Assembly (NCBI GenBank): GCA_050230475.1
Contig: JBFLGF010000177.1
Location: 62,001 to 94,960 of the forward strand
From: Ancylonema sp.
Taxonomy: Eukaryota
DNA: 32,960 nucleotides
Direction: 5' to 3'
Part shown: positions 10,500 to 21,542 of the stretch, piece by piece
Numbering within the stretch: position 1 is the stretch's first letter
How the letters are laid out: every line of letters starts with the position of its first letter
The notes under the pieces: generated by a model
What the model was told of the DNA's origin: nothing
What the model saw: only the letters and a program-made list of their open reading frames with translations
Databases searched by the model: none
Program-made: the position numbers and the translations under genes

Positions 10500-13400
10500 T
10501 CGATTTCTTTGTTTTTGAGAGATTTCGCCGAGCGTGAACATTTCGTGGAGTACACCCCGACCCTGAGCACGCAAAGAGCCTTCATCACCACTGCTGACGG
10601 CTCGTCGCACAAGGTGGCATGCACGAGTTTCGTGCACATCCGAGTCAGGAACGGCAGCTCGTTCTTCGTGCAGCCTCTCACCTCGATCCACGTTCCTACC
10701 TTTGCCTGCACCCTCGTGTCGACATCATGTCTCGTCAAAAGAGGTGGGCTGAGCTTCTTACAACTGCCCACGGGTCCAGAATTGAAAAAGGGAGATATGA
10801 AATGGGCTGATGTAGTTGAACAGCCTAGTGGTCTCACTTTGCTAGCTGCTACCATCATCATACCTGGGTCTCACAATACCACAGCAAACTTATCCACAGG
10901 CATGATCTGGCATCACATACTGGGTCACCCTGGTGCTGATGTAATTGTCAGATTTTGTTAGACGTGGGGACATCCCGAAGTTAAGTCCAGATGAATTAGC
11001 TGAGGTCAAGGGTTTTCAGGTTTGCTGTCAGGGCAGTTGAGTCACGCGAAGGCTAGCGAAGATCTAGGGACATGCCCCAAGATGGGACGCATTCACCTGG
11101 ATCTGATTGGACCTCTTTCTGTTAGGTCTGCTAATGGTGGAGGACAGGGATCGAGGTGTCCACACGTTTGTCATCTGTCACTTTACTGAAAACAAAGGAT
11201 GAAGCACTGGATCGAGCAAAGGTCACTATACAGTTGCTCGAGGTACAGTCAGGGTTGCCATGACAGTCTATCAAGACAGACAAAGGTGGGGAGTATGTGT
11301 CTTAGGACTGGATGACCTACTGTGGGGGGAAGGGTATTGATAAACAAACCACAGATGCGTACAGTCGTGAGCAAAATGGCATATGTGAGAGACTCAACAA
11401 AATTTTGACAGAAAAAATGCGTTGTATACTGATTTGGTCAGGTTTACCGAAGTCATATTGGGATGTCGCACTCTTGCATGCAAACTGGTTGAGAAACATA
11501 ACACCAACTAAGTCGCTCGCTGGAAAAATACCCATTGAAGTCTGGGAGGGAAAGAAGCTAAAAATGAACAAAAGTCATAACTCTGGGTGTCTGGTGCAAT
11601 ATTTGAAAGTTGGGGCGGAAAAGAACAGGCAAGGGGACAAGTTTGCCCCTCGGACTTGCTTTGGTGTGTTTTTGGGGATGGCTGCGGGGAGTGCAGGCTA
11701 CAATGTGTTCGACCCTCATAGGGCGGGGGTGATAGCACGCACATAAGTGCGGTTCTTCGAGGAGGTGCCGGGGTACCCGAAACTGATGGGGAGGAGAGCT
11801 CCCTAGGTTGAAGCTACAGCAAAGAAACACTTCTTCCATCTGTTCCCCGACACCGACGATGAGCCCCCAACAGCACTTGTGCCAGCAGCAGCAGTTCCCC
11901 CAATCATGCTAGCAGTGCTGCCAGCACTGCCAGTACCAGCAGTTCCAGCAGCCTCAGCGCTAGCAGCAGCAAACAATGCCGAGCACGTCGACTTCTAGCC
12001 ACAAGCAGCTGAGGTCCCCATTATTGCGATTGAGCTGTCTGACAGCCAGTCTGGGATCAACAATGCAGGAGGTGGAGATGGAGGGGAGGAGGAGGTGCAA
12101 GGAGGGGGTGCGAACCCAGGAGTGGGGGAGCCAGGCTGTTAGGACCCTCGCTACAGTCACTAGGGCTCCCTAGCGAGGTCCCCACACTTAGCGCTAGAGC
12201 GCTACTAGCTCAGGTTCCTCTAGAGCGAGTTCTGTCCTTATAGAGTGTGAGTTGTGTCCCTAGCGGCCGCCTGGCCCCTAGGGAGTATTCTGATGTGTCC
12301 CTAGCTAAGGCAGTTGTGCCGTTAGCCAGACTTGATGTGTCCTCATCATTGTAGAGTGAGTTATCCCACTTGTAGTCGTGGTTCAGACTTCAGCCAGTTC
12401 CTATATCTAGTCGATAGGAATTCCTTTAGAGCATTCCTATCAACTCATGTACTTGCACCACGATTATATCATCACCATTTTCACTCGGCTCACGCCATCT
12501 CATCCTATCCGGCATTTCGCCATCTTTTCACTTATGTGCATTTTGCAATTCGCTTGCTAGGGGCCCTTTTGCATCGTCGTTTTTTCAGGCAGCATAGCTG
12601 AGCGGGTGATGGCCAGGCGGAGGGCCAACTTTGCACAGTATGGGGACATTCTGTGATGTGATGGGGAGGAGTTCGACGACGAGGCACGCGCCAACTACTC
12701 AGCAACTGAGTGGGAGCCCAGCTGTTTCTTCACTAGCTTCAATGGTCCTGTAAATCCTGGCTACGTCTGCGTCGCATCGTCCAACAACTCCTCCGGGCCA
12801 CTCACCCTCAACCATGCCATGAGGAGGCCAGACTGGGACCAGTGGGACAGAGCCATTATTGAAGAGCTTGCTGCCCTAGAGACGTTCAACACCTTCGAGG
12901 TGTGTGTTCTTCCTCCAGGTAAAAAGGTTGTGGGGGGTGTCGATATGTATTTAAAGTCAAAATTACACCTAAGGGGGATATTGAAAGATATAAAGTCAGT
13001 GGTCGCTCAGGGATTCTTACAGCAAGAAGGTATTGACTATAATGAAGTATTTGCACCAGTTATTGACAGTACATCTATCACCTTACTCCTCGCTATAGCA
13101 AACCAATTTGAGTGGGAACTGGAACAGATGGACGTAATCACAGCGTTCCTGCATGGACGTCTGGAAGAAGAAGTATATATGAAAATACCACCGCGTATGT
13201 ATATTAAAGGGGGTGCTGAGGGAAAGGTCTTACGACTGAAGGGTGCTTTGTACGGACTAAAACAGAGTAGCCACGTTAATGTTCATAAAATTTATGATAT
13301 CCGAAGGGTTTAAACAATGTGTCATGGATACGTGCATATACATGAGGGGAGAGGGGGACAACAGAATCATACTGGGCATTCATGTAGATGATCAGGTCAT

Positions 13401-13870
13401 CGTCATCACAGGTCCTAACGCAATGGTGGTCAAAACATTTAAAGGGGACATGGGTAAAAAGTTCAAGGTCAAGGATCTGGGGTCCCCTAACCCATATCCT
13501 CGGGGTGGAAGTGAAGAGGGACAGACAAAAGAAAACTCTGCTCACACTAGGACACTCAGGATTCTTGACGGGGGTGCTTGAACGGTACGGAATGCACGAG
13601 TGTAATCCAACAAAACTCCCACTCGCCCCTGGCACACAGTTTACGCAAGATGATGAACCAAACCTTCCCCTACCCCTCAAGAAATAACAGACTTTCGAGG
13701 AAAAGTGGGATCTCTCATTTACGCCATGAAACAAACCAGACTGGATATCGCATATGCACTAGGGGTACTGGCTAAACACATGAGTATGGGGTCGCACACA
13801 TAAGGGCTTTGCATTACATCAACTATTTAGATACCTGAAAGGGACTGTCAACCACGGAGTGACGTTTGTG
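10500..13870 (+). pseudogene. pol: Ty1/copia pol fragment (family B), no LTRs, interrupted by a family-A solo LTR
   Basis: WHHILGHPG (GAG-pre-integrase), EQNGICERLNKILTEKMRCIL (IN), and QQEGIDYNEVFAPV, QMDVITAFLHG, LYGLKQS, HVDD (RT) in copia order. Collinear with 22000-24720. Boundaries approximate. Confidence 0.92.
12137..12585 (+). mobile_element. Solo LTR of family A nested in copia pol
   Basis: Family-A LTR sequence flanked by CAGGC (12132-12136, 12586-12590). The 3' terminus is degenerate (T-run). Confidence 0.9.
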
Positions 13871-14316
13871 GTCAAATCGACGAAATTTTGGCGCAAAAAT
13901 ATAAATAGCGGAAATTCGTAATCTAGATTGATGACAAAGTTCAAAGAATTACTACGGCGAGAGGTGCTTGTAATCAAGATTTGCTCCACGCCAAGGGCTC
14001 TAAGCTGCGCTATCACGGGCTTGTGTACGAAAAGCGGTCTTTGACCAGGTCGTTGGGTTCGAGGAGCTCAGAACCCAAGGTTTGATGTGTCCCTCTTGCC
14101 TCTACAGGGTGGCGCAGGTAAAATTGGATAATGTTAAATAAAGAGGAAACCCCCTGGCGCAACTATATTTTGGATCATTTTTATCAATTAAATTTTGCCC
14201 GGCGCAAAATTCTGGCGCGTTGTAATAAATTATAATTTGGTTGGCGCAAGTGTTTGGAGCCTACTTCTAATAATTATTTTTCGGGTTTGCTGGCGCATTA
14301 TCTCTGGCCGCTACGG
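13871..14316. mobile_element. Right end of a Tc1/mariner-like non-autonomous element (GGCGCA subterminal repeats)
   Basis: Reverse complement of 14292-14318 reads TA|CCGTAGCGGCCAGAGATAATGCGCC, related to the TIR at 15618. GGCGC(A) repeats run through 13890-14297. Left end missing; left boundary approximate. Confidence 0.5.
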
Positions 14317-14318
14317 TA

Positions 14319-14467
14319 TGATTTGGTGACCCACATTATAGAATCACGGTGATTCTACAATGTGGGTGATTCAATCACCCACTTTTCCCCTTAAAATGGA
14401 TTATTTCATTTGACCCGACATGCCCTTCTCATAATTATTTTAGGGTCATTATGTCTGACCATTACGG
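14319..14467. mobile_element. Right end of a Tc1/mariner-like element (TGACCC family)
   Basis: Reverse complement of 14443-14469 reads TA|CCGTAATGGTCAGACATAATGACCC, matching the TIR at 15616-15642. Confidence 0.55.
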
Positions 14468-15048
14468 TATCTGTTGTTAGGTCGTCATTTGATTGGCGGC
14501 GACCACTACACGGGCAAGCGGGCAAATCCAAAAAAAATCGTCAAAACAGCGGGGTTACAACGTCATTTTCAAAATTGAAACCGGGATCTGCGAGGCTCGA
14601 AAAAATCTTTGATGACCAAGAAATTTATTAGCTCAAAAATATGTTCCACGCCGATTGGTGTATCTCATATACTTGTAACATGAATCGAAGCCTTCGACGA
14701 AATCCAGAACCTTTAAACCTGTATTTATATCTTTTAAACTTTACCGAGATTTAGCTGGGAGCCGCAGATGGTCCTCTTTTGACATTGTTTTCGGGATAAG
14801 TTAACAGGATATGTAAAACGAGTTTTTTCAATAGCCTAACGTAGTGTGATATGTGATAAATTTATCTTGAATGGGACATGAAAAAAAAAACACGGCTTTC
14901 CTAGAGAGTTACGACAAACGTTAGTAGTACGTTAATGGGATATGTGAACATGTGCGGGGTCAGTTTACGCTCGGGACGCGAGCGCAAGTGACCCAAATAT
15001 GAACCTGACCCACCCGTTTCATAATTATTTGAGGATGATATGTGTACC

Positions 15049-15611
15049 CGGTGATGCACCGGGACGGGGCCTGTATTCCGTACGGCACGTTATCCGCACG
15101 GGGCCGAAAGCAGTTTGCCGTCGCTGGCAAATGCAAACGTCATACGGATTTGCTCGCAAACGTCCGGAATACGTTCGTGAAATGCGGCAAACGTGAAGGG
15201 ATTGTACGGATGCAAACGTTTTCGATTGCAAACGTTTGAGATACGTCCGTTAAATGCGGCAAACGTATACGGATTGTACGGATGCAAATGTTTGCGATCG
15301 CAAACGTATGAACTTTTTTTTTTGGCTTTTTGGAAATTTCACAAAATATTGGTTACGTTTTTATGGTGAACGTCATGAACCGATGACCACGAGTCTTACA
15401 AACTTTCATACTTCAATTATCAAGAATGTAGTAGAGATAAAATGCAGAAAATACGCTACTAACGTTTCCAAATTCGAACGTTTGCAAAACATTTGAAAAT
15501 ACAAACGTTTTGCAAACGCCGTTTGCAACTTTTGCCGTACGCACATATTCCGTACGTACGCATTTGCAATCCGGCGTTTGCAGGCATTTTTTCAATCCCA
15601 GTGCATCACAC
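15049..15611. mobile_element. hAT-like MITE (~560 bp)
   Basis: TIR GTGATGCAC(C/T)GGGA at 15051-15064 and 15596-15609. Imperfect 8-bp TSD TGTGTACC/ACTGTACC. Dense CAAACG and CGTACGG subterminal repeats in both orientations. Confidence 0.6.
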
Positions 15612-15954
15612 ACTGTACCGTACTGGCCGAACATAATGACCCGGGTTTAAATTTATATATAAACAAAAAGTGGTGACTCACCAATTTGACCCGGGAAAAA
15701 TATATTTATTATCCATTGACCCAAAATTATGACCCGGTTGAAAAATATTTATCACCTTAGTGACCATACATAATGACCCGGGTTTTCAAAAAACAATTTA
15801 TTTTGTGGTGACCCACGAAATCGACCCGGGGAAATTATATTTGTTATTGTTCGGTGTCATTCATTTTGTCAAATCTTTATCGATGATATCGACAGATCCT
15901 CGCTCTTGCTAAGCACTATCTTTGTGTGGACATAATTCTCTCTTACTTTCTGAC

Positions 15955-16057
15955 TCGCGCTTCTGTCTCTCTGTGGACAAGAATCACTCCTCGCACTTCT
16001 GCCTCTCTATGGGCAGGAATCTCTTAATCGCACTTCTGCCTCTCTGTGGGCAGGAAC
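15955..16057. repeat. Minisatellite, about 3 x 36-37 bp
   Basis: TCGCACTTCTGCCTCTCTGTGGGCAGGAATC-type unit at 15955, 15991 and 16028. Confidence 0.8.
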
Positions 16058-16652
16058 TTTTACAATATGTTCCGGTCTATCGATGCGCAAAATACATAGG
16101 GGAATTACGTAAAGCATTCAACACGAGTGCAGATGTCTGTAACGATGTCAAGATGTTAAGAGTAATTGATTTTAGAGATCGTAGCCGAGTAGGCTCTATC
16201 CCTTGTGAGTACAACGAATTGCTAGAATCTTCTAGCGTGCCGGATAGTGTTACGGCGCCGCTATCCTAGTCATCTTGTAATTCCTCCTAGTCACCTTCCT
16301 TGTCTATGCCCCATGCCCATCCCTTATCTGACTTTGTCGATATATCTAACTGATGACTCGGACATTCTCACTATTGTACAAGGTCATGATGATGCACTCT
16401 TTCTTGTCGATATCTAATTATTATTAATTTCCCATAGTTATTAACCCCTAGTACGTAATATGCAAGTTTATCAATTTGATGCATTTACAATTATTATCCC
16501 AACAGTTATCCCGTGACCCGAAATTATGTCCCGGGTATAAAACACACACGCTTGCTGTCTTAGAGAGAGCGTCAACGAATCGATGCAAGAAATTACACTC
16601 GATGACAAGGCTGGCTCAGAAAGAGCGTCAGCAATAGATTCAGATGAATTAA

Positions 16653-16830
<178 letters not shown>

Positions 16831-17247
16831 GTTGCAAATGATACCTTGGACAACTTACAAGTGGAGGGTTAGGAAGTATGATTAGTGCGTGGTGAGTGGT
16901 GAGTAGTGAGTTAGTGTGTGGAGATAGATACCCGCAAGCCTTCGGTTATTCGATTTTCCCACATTTTTCGAGATTTTAAAAGGTGGTTAAAAAAAAACTG
17001 GAAATTCTACGTTGTTCATGATAAACAGTTTATCATGTTGGCTTGTTCATGGTGCAAAAATATAAGAAAAATGTACACCTTGATTTGTTCCCGACATATC
17101 TATTTTACCCCCTAAATTTGCGAGAAGGAAACCAATGACGATCGATTAGGCCGCTACCGGACCACGATTAAATCATGGGCGACCGGGATCCAACCACATG
17201 TGTTTTTAGCAAAAAATCGAATAAAATAGATATTATGGTGTTGACCC

Positions 17248-17723
17248 TGTTAGGAATTGAGTTCGGATAGGCACATTAATAACTTGTTTGCCTCGTCCGG
17301 CTAATTGCCTTCGAGTCCTTTTAGGGCACGGAGCCGGGAATGCACTACCCGGGTATCCGTCCGCACACGGCACGTCCACACTGGTACGGACGTGTCCTAG
17401 CTAGTAGTCGTTGTAGAATACTAGGCGGTGTCACCACCCCATTAGCTGGATTTGTGTGGTGACAGTCGAGTCCGGCATGTTGCCGTGGACACACGTGCGG
17501 TGGCACGACGACGGTCGATAGTTCCGACCGTCGTCTAGAAAAGTGTCCAGTAATCATTGTACCGTTGTCGCCTCGTCAGGTACATTAGCCCGACGATAAC
17601 ACTTTTCTAATTACATTTCACAATCATACCAAAAACGTTGTTGCTTTAAGCGTAGAGTTATTTTGTCTTGTATTGTAAAGCATTGAACTTGTGCGCTACC
17701 GTGTTAAGTGACAAATCGTTTTA
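17248..17723 (+). repeat. 5' LTR, copia family B
   Basis: TGTTAGGAATTG...AATCGTTTTA; direct repeat of 25778-26250. Confidence 0.95.
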
Positions 17724-17736
17724 GGTTATGGGCCCA
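17724..17736 (+). promoter_or_regulatory. PBS for half-molecule tRNAiMet priming
   Basis: GGTTATGGGCCCA directly after the LTR. This is the PBS type of Drosophila copia, complementary to the internal anticodon-arm region of initiator tRNAMet. Confidence 0.85.
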
Positions 17737-18009
17737 CAAATTGTCTAGGACATCTGAGCGGTCGGATCCTATAGATTTCCACGTTTTCACTGTCAGGCAA
17801 AGTTGCTCCGGAAATCACAAAAAATGGTGCCTAAGTGCTAGGGCAATTAAATGTGGAAGTGCTAGGCTCGAAATTTGTGAATTACGGTCTGCTCTTATTT
17901 TATGTGTTGTGAGTTGTGAGCTGCGTGTTGCAAATTTCCGCCAAAGTTTTGCTAGAGCTGCTAGCTGCTGCATTTTTGTGTCGGAAATTGTGTATTAACC
18001 TTGGTGCAG

Positions 18010-18870
18010 ATGGCGGATAAGAGTAACATCCCCCAGTTCACCGGAGCAGCATACCAAGGGTGGGCTTTCAAGGTCAGGTTCGGCCTGATCGAGAAGGAGC
18101 TACACCGGTATGTGCTCGACTTCAAAGGGAGGACGAGAATACCTCGCCCGGCTGTTATCGAGCCGCTGACACAGGCAACAGTCAATTCGTTACCTGGTGA
18201 TGCTGCAGCTCGAAGAGTTGCTGCTGAAGCACACGAGCAGAGTGTTGATGCTAGGAATGTGCTTGTGGATGAATGGGATGCGCAGGATTTAAAGGCGCAG
18301 GCCCACATTGTCACGTTCTTAGGTCCGTCAGAGTAGGTCCATGTTAGGGATTGTGATTACGCATATGAGATGAGGAACAACCTTGCATCTTTTTACGAAG
18401 TCCAAGCCGCTATTGAAGTAGCTTATGCCCTGGCTAAACTGAGTGCTACGGTGATGGGTGAGGCTGAAGACTTACAAGAGTTTGTCAAACGCCTGCAGGT
18501 CATCCATGGAGAGCTCGCGCATCTCGGCAAGCCCGTCAGCGAAGCAGACCAGGCGACCAACCTAATCAACTGCCTCAGCTCCCGATACGACTCCATTGTG
18601 GAGGTCGTCTAGAGCTAGGCGGAGTCTTCACCAAAACTCTACACGATCCCCCACATTACCTCGGCTCTGCAGCGAAAGGACACCAAGCTTATCGTCAGCG
18701 CGCGGAAGCGAGGCGAGCCTCTCGGTGGTCTCGAGGCGCACATAGGCGGATCTGGAGGAGCCGGACCTAGCGACAGGCCCCAGCAAGGGCCAGATATGAG
18801 CAACGTGCGTTGCCACGGTTGCCAGCAGTTCGACCACTATCGTACCAACTGTCCGCACGGAGGGGGAGGT
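18010..18870 (+). pseudogene. gag: copia gag, 5' part
   Basis: MADKSNIPQFTGAAYQGWAFKV..., WDAQDLKAQAHIV, LINCLSSRYDSIV and zinc knuckle CHGCQQFDHYRTNC. In-frame TAG stops at 18334, 18610 and 18616. Confidence 0.88.
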
Positions 18871-19330
18871 TGTTAGGGACGGCTCGAAAAGACGCCCTAG
18901 TAAGCAAGTTGCAAAAATGTACCAAGCGGGAAGATGGCGAAATGCCGAATGAAATGGAATGGTATGTGCCGATGGGAAAAATGGTGGTAATAATCGGGAG
19001 GGACCAATACATGAGTTGATAGGAATGCTCTAAAGGCATTCCTATCGACTAGATATAGGAACTGGCTGAAGTCTGAACCATGACTGCAAGTGGGATAACT
19101 CACTCTAAAACGATAAGGACACATCAAGTCTGGCTAACGGCACAACTGCCTTAGCTAAGGACACACCAGAATACTCCCTAGGGGCCAGGCGGCCGCTAGG
19201 GACACAACTCCCACTCTATAGGGACAGAACTCGCTATAGAGGAAACTGAGCTAGTAGCGCTCTAGCGCTAAGTGTGGGGGACCTCGGGAGCCGTAGTGAC
19301 TGTAACGAGGGTCCTAACAGTACCCCCCCC

Positions 19331-20510
19331 TCAAGGCGCGGACCGCGATGAGGGAGGCGGTGCAGGCTGAGCGGGAAACGTGGCATGGAAATCAGCGACC
19401 GCGTCAGCAACATTCTCCATGTTGTCGGGAGGTTCCCAAGAACGCTCCGATTCATCGTACCCGACCCAGTCGACGAGGTAAAAAGGCTGGCCTCGCACGA
19501 ACTTGGAATCCAGGATCGTGGCCACCTCATGGTTTGGCGCGCCGTCCACAACGACCGGAGGTGGAGGCGCCACGACACGACCCGGGAATGTGTTGGTATG
19601 GTACGACTCGAGGAGGCTGACGTGGAAGACGGGATGGATTTTCACAGAGGCCGGCAACTCCAAGCGATACGACGAGGTGCCGATCTGGCCCAGAACCGGA
19701 AAAGGAGGACCCAGACGACGGACATCGAGTTTCGAGGAAGGACGAGTGGATCCGACGTGGCGCCGGGACAGCCAAACTTTCTGACCCGGCGAAAATATCG
19801 GAGCAGATCTGCGCTTCCGATTGGCCGAAATTTTTCCATCGCCCGCTGGGATTTGCGAAGCGCTGACTGGAGGAAATTTTGGGTGTCGTGGATCGTTTTG
19901 ACGTAGTCGTCGGCTGCGGGGGGTTGGGGGAATTGGGGGAGGATGGGAGAGCAGCGACATCTGCGGGTGGAAGCCGTAGTTGGCAAAGAACGGGGAGAGG
20001 GTGGTGGCGGAGTGCTTGGAGTTGTTGTAAGAACTCCGCGCCAGCGGCAAAAATTGGGACCAATCGGATTGCTGGTAATCGGTGTAGATCCGCAGATATT
20101 GTTCGAGAACCGAATTCAGGCGCTCCGTCTGCCCGTCCGTCTGCGGGTGAAAAGCAGAGGAGCGGTTGGCCCGTACCCCGAGCAGCTCTAACAGCCGGCG
20201 CCAAAAGTGGCTGGTGAAAATGGGATCGCGGTCGCGCTGATGAATGAGGCTGCTAGGCACAGACGCACGGACTTGCTGCACGAACAGCGCTGCGACCTCA
20301 AGAGCCGCCATGGCCTTGGTGGTAGGAATGAAGTGGGCTTGCTTCGTCAGCCGGTCGACGACCACGAGAATTGCGTCGTGGTAGTCGCTAGGGGGAAGGT
20401 CCGTAAACCAGTCTAGGGAGACGCTGGTCCATGGCTGGGTAGGGATAGGTAGAGGGGACACCAATCCATAGGGCGCATGGCGCACCGGCTTGTTCCGCGC
20501 ACGTACTCCT
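19331..20510 (-). pseudogene. Integrase plus chromodomain fragment, family A
   Basis: [28 protein letters not shown] and HEVATILDSKFVRGQPFYLVDWVGYDESERSWEP; near-identical to 5468-6670. Confidence 0.93.
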
Positions 20511-20903
20511 GTCCTTGGTGAGGCGGGTGTCACCCTCCCCGAAGCAGTCCTGGAGGTCTTTTAGCAACTGAACCGCACCCAAACCAGCCAGGAGGTCTCC
20601 ATTATCGTCGAGGTAGTTAGCAAACCAGTCGTAGGCAGGACCACGTAGGAGGGTAGCGACGTAGTGGACCGTCTGGACAGGGTTGTGGAACCGCGTAGGA
20701 TCCAGCCTTAGCATGGTACGGATGCGGTGGCAGAATGTGGCCACATCCGTAGAAGTCCCATTAAATGTAGGAGGATCGGATGGGACCAGGTCTTTTAGTG
20801 TAGGGATAGGTTGGTAGTCTGAGACGGCTGGAGCACGTGTAGTAGCCATGAGATTTGACTCATAAGAAAGTTGTTCTGAAAGTTCGGAAAATTTTACTTT
20901 CAT
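20511..20903 (-). pseudogene. gag: gag N-terminal fragment (divergent type)
   Basis: PPTFNG...LLRGPAYDWF...LLKDLQDCFG aligns without gaps to the gag of 2064-3008. Confidence 0.8.
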
Positions 20904-21542
20904 GTCACTATTTTCTTCCGCCAGAATTCGATTTTTTTTAATCTTCTGAATGTTGCATCTGCTGTAAAACTGCGATGACTTCGTCTAGATTGAGAGAAGA
21001 CATAGTAGAAGATGAGGAGAGAAGGGAGGCGGATGAATGAAGTTCAGAATCAGGAAAACCCTAAAAAAAAACTCCAAAAACAAAGTGTTAAAGTGTTAGG
21101 GACGACGGATGGAAAAGACGCCCTAGCAAGCAAGTTGCGATAGCGATATGCACCAAGCGGGAAGATGGCGAAATGCCGAATGAAATGGAAATGGGATGGT
21201 ATGAGCCGATGGGAAAAATGGTAATGGTGGTGATAATAATCGGGAGTGCAAGTACATGAGTTGATAGGAATGCTCTAAAGGCATTCCTATCGACTAGATA
21301 TAGGAACTGGCTGAAGTATGAACCACGACTCCAAGTGGGATAACTCACTCTAAAATGATAAGGACACATCAAGTCTGGCTAACGGCACAACTTCCTTAGC
21401 TAAGGACACACCAGAATACTCCCAGGCGGCCGCTAGGGACACAACTCCCACTCTATAGGGCAGAACTCGCTATAGAGGAAACTGAGCTAGTAGCGCTCTA
21501 GCGCTAAGTGTGGGGCTAGTGACTGTAGCGAGGGTCCTCACA

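Larger units (their letters stand above)
18871..21542 (-). mobile_element. Internally deleted family-A chromovirus nested in copia gag
   Basis: LTRs at 21094-21542 (5') and 18871-19319 (3'); PPT complement CCCCCCCCTC next to 19319. A gag N-terminal fragment is joined directly to integrase-chromodomain. No clean TSD (GAGGT/TGTGG). Confidence 0.93.

Noticed and set aside
15955..16057. 36-37 bp repeats resembling a CRISPR array
   Set aside because: The units are essentially contiguous with no unique spacers, there are no cas genes, and the context is eukaryotic.
19331..20533. 400-aa integrase-chromodomain ORF as a domesticated gene
   Set aside because: Lies between LTRs, lacks most of the N-terminal zinc finger, and has locally frameshifted segments relative to the sister copy.
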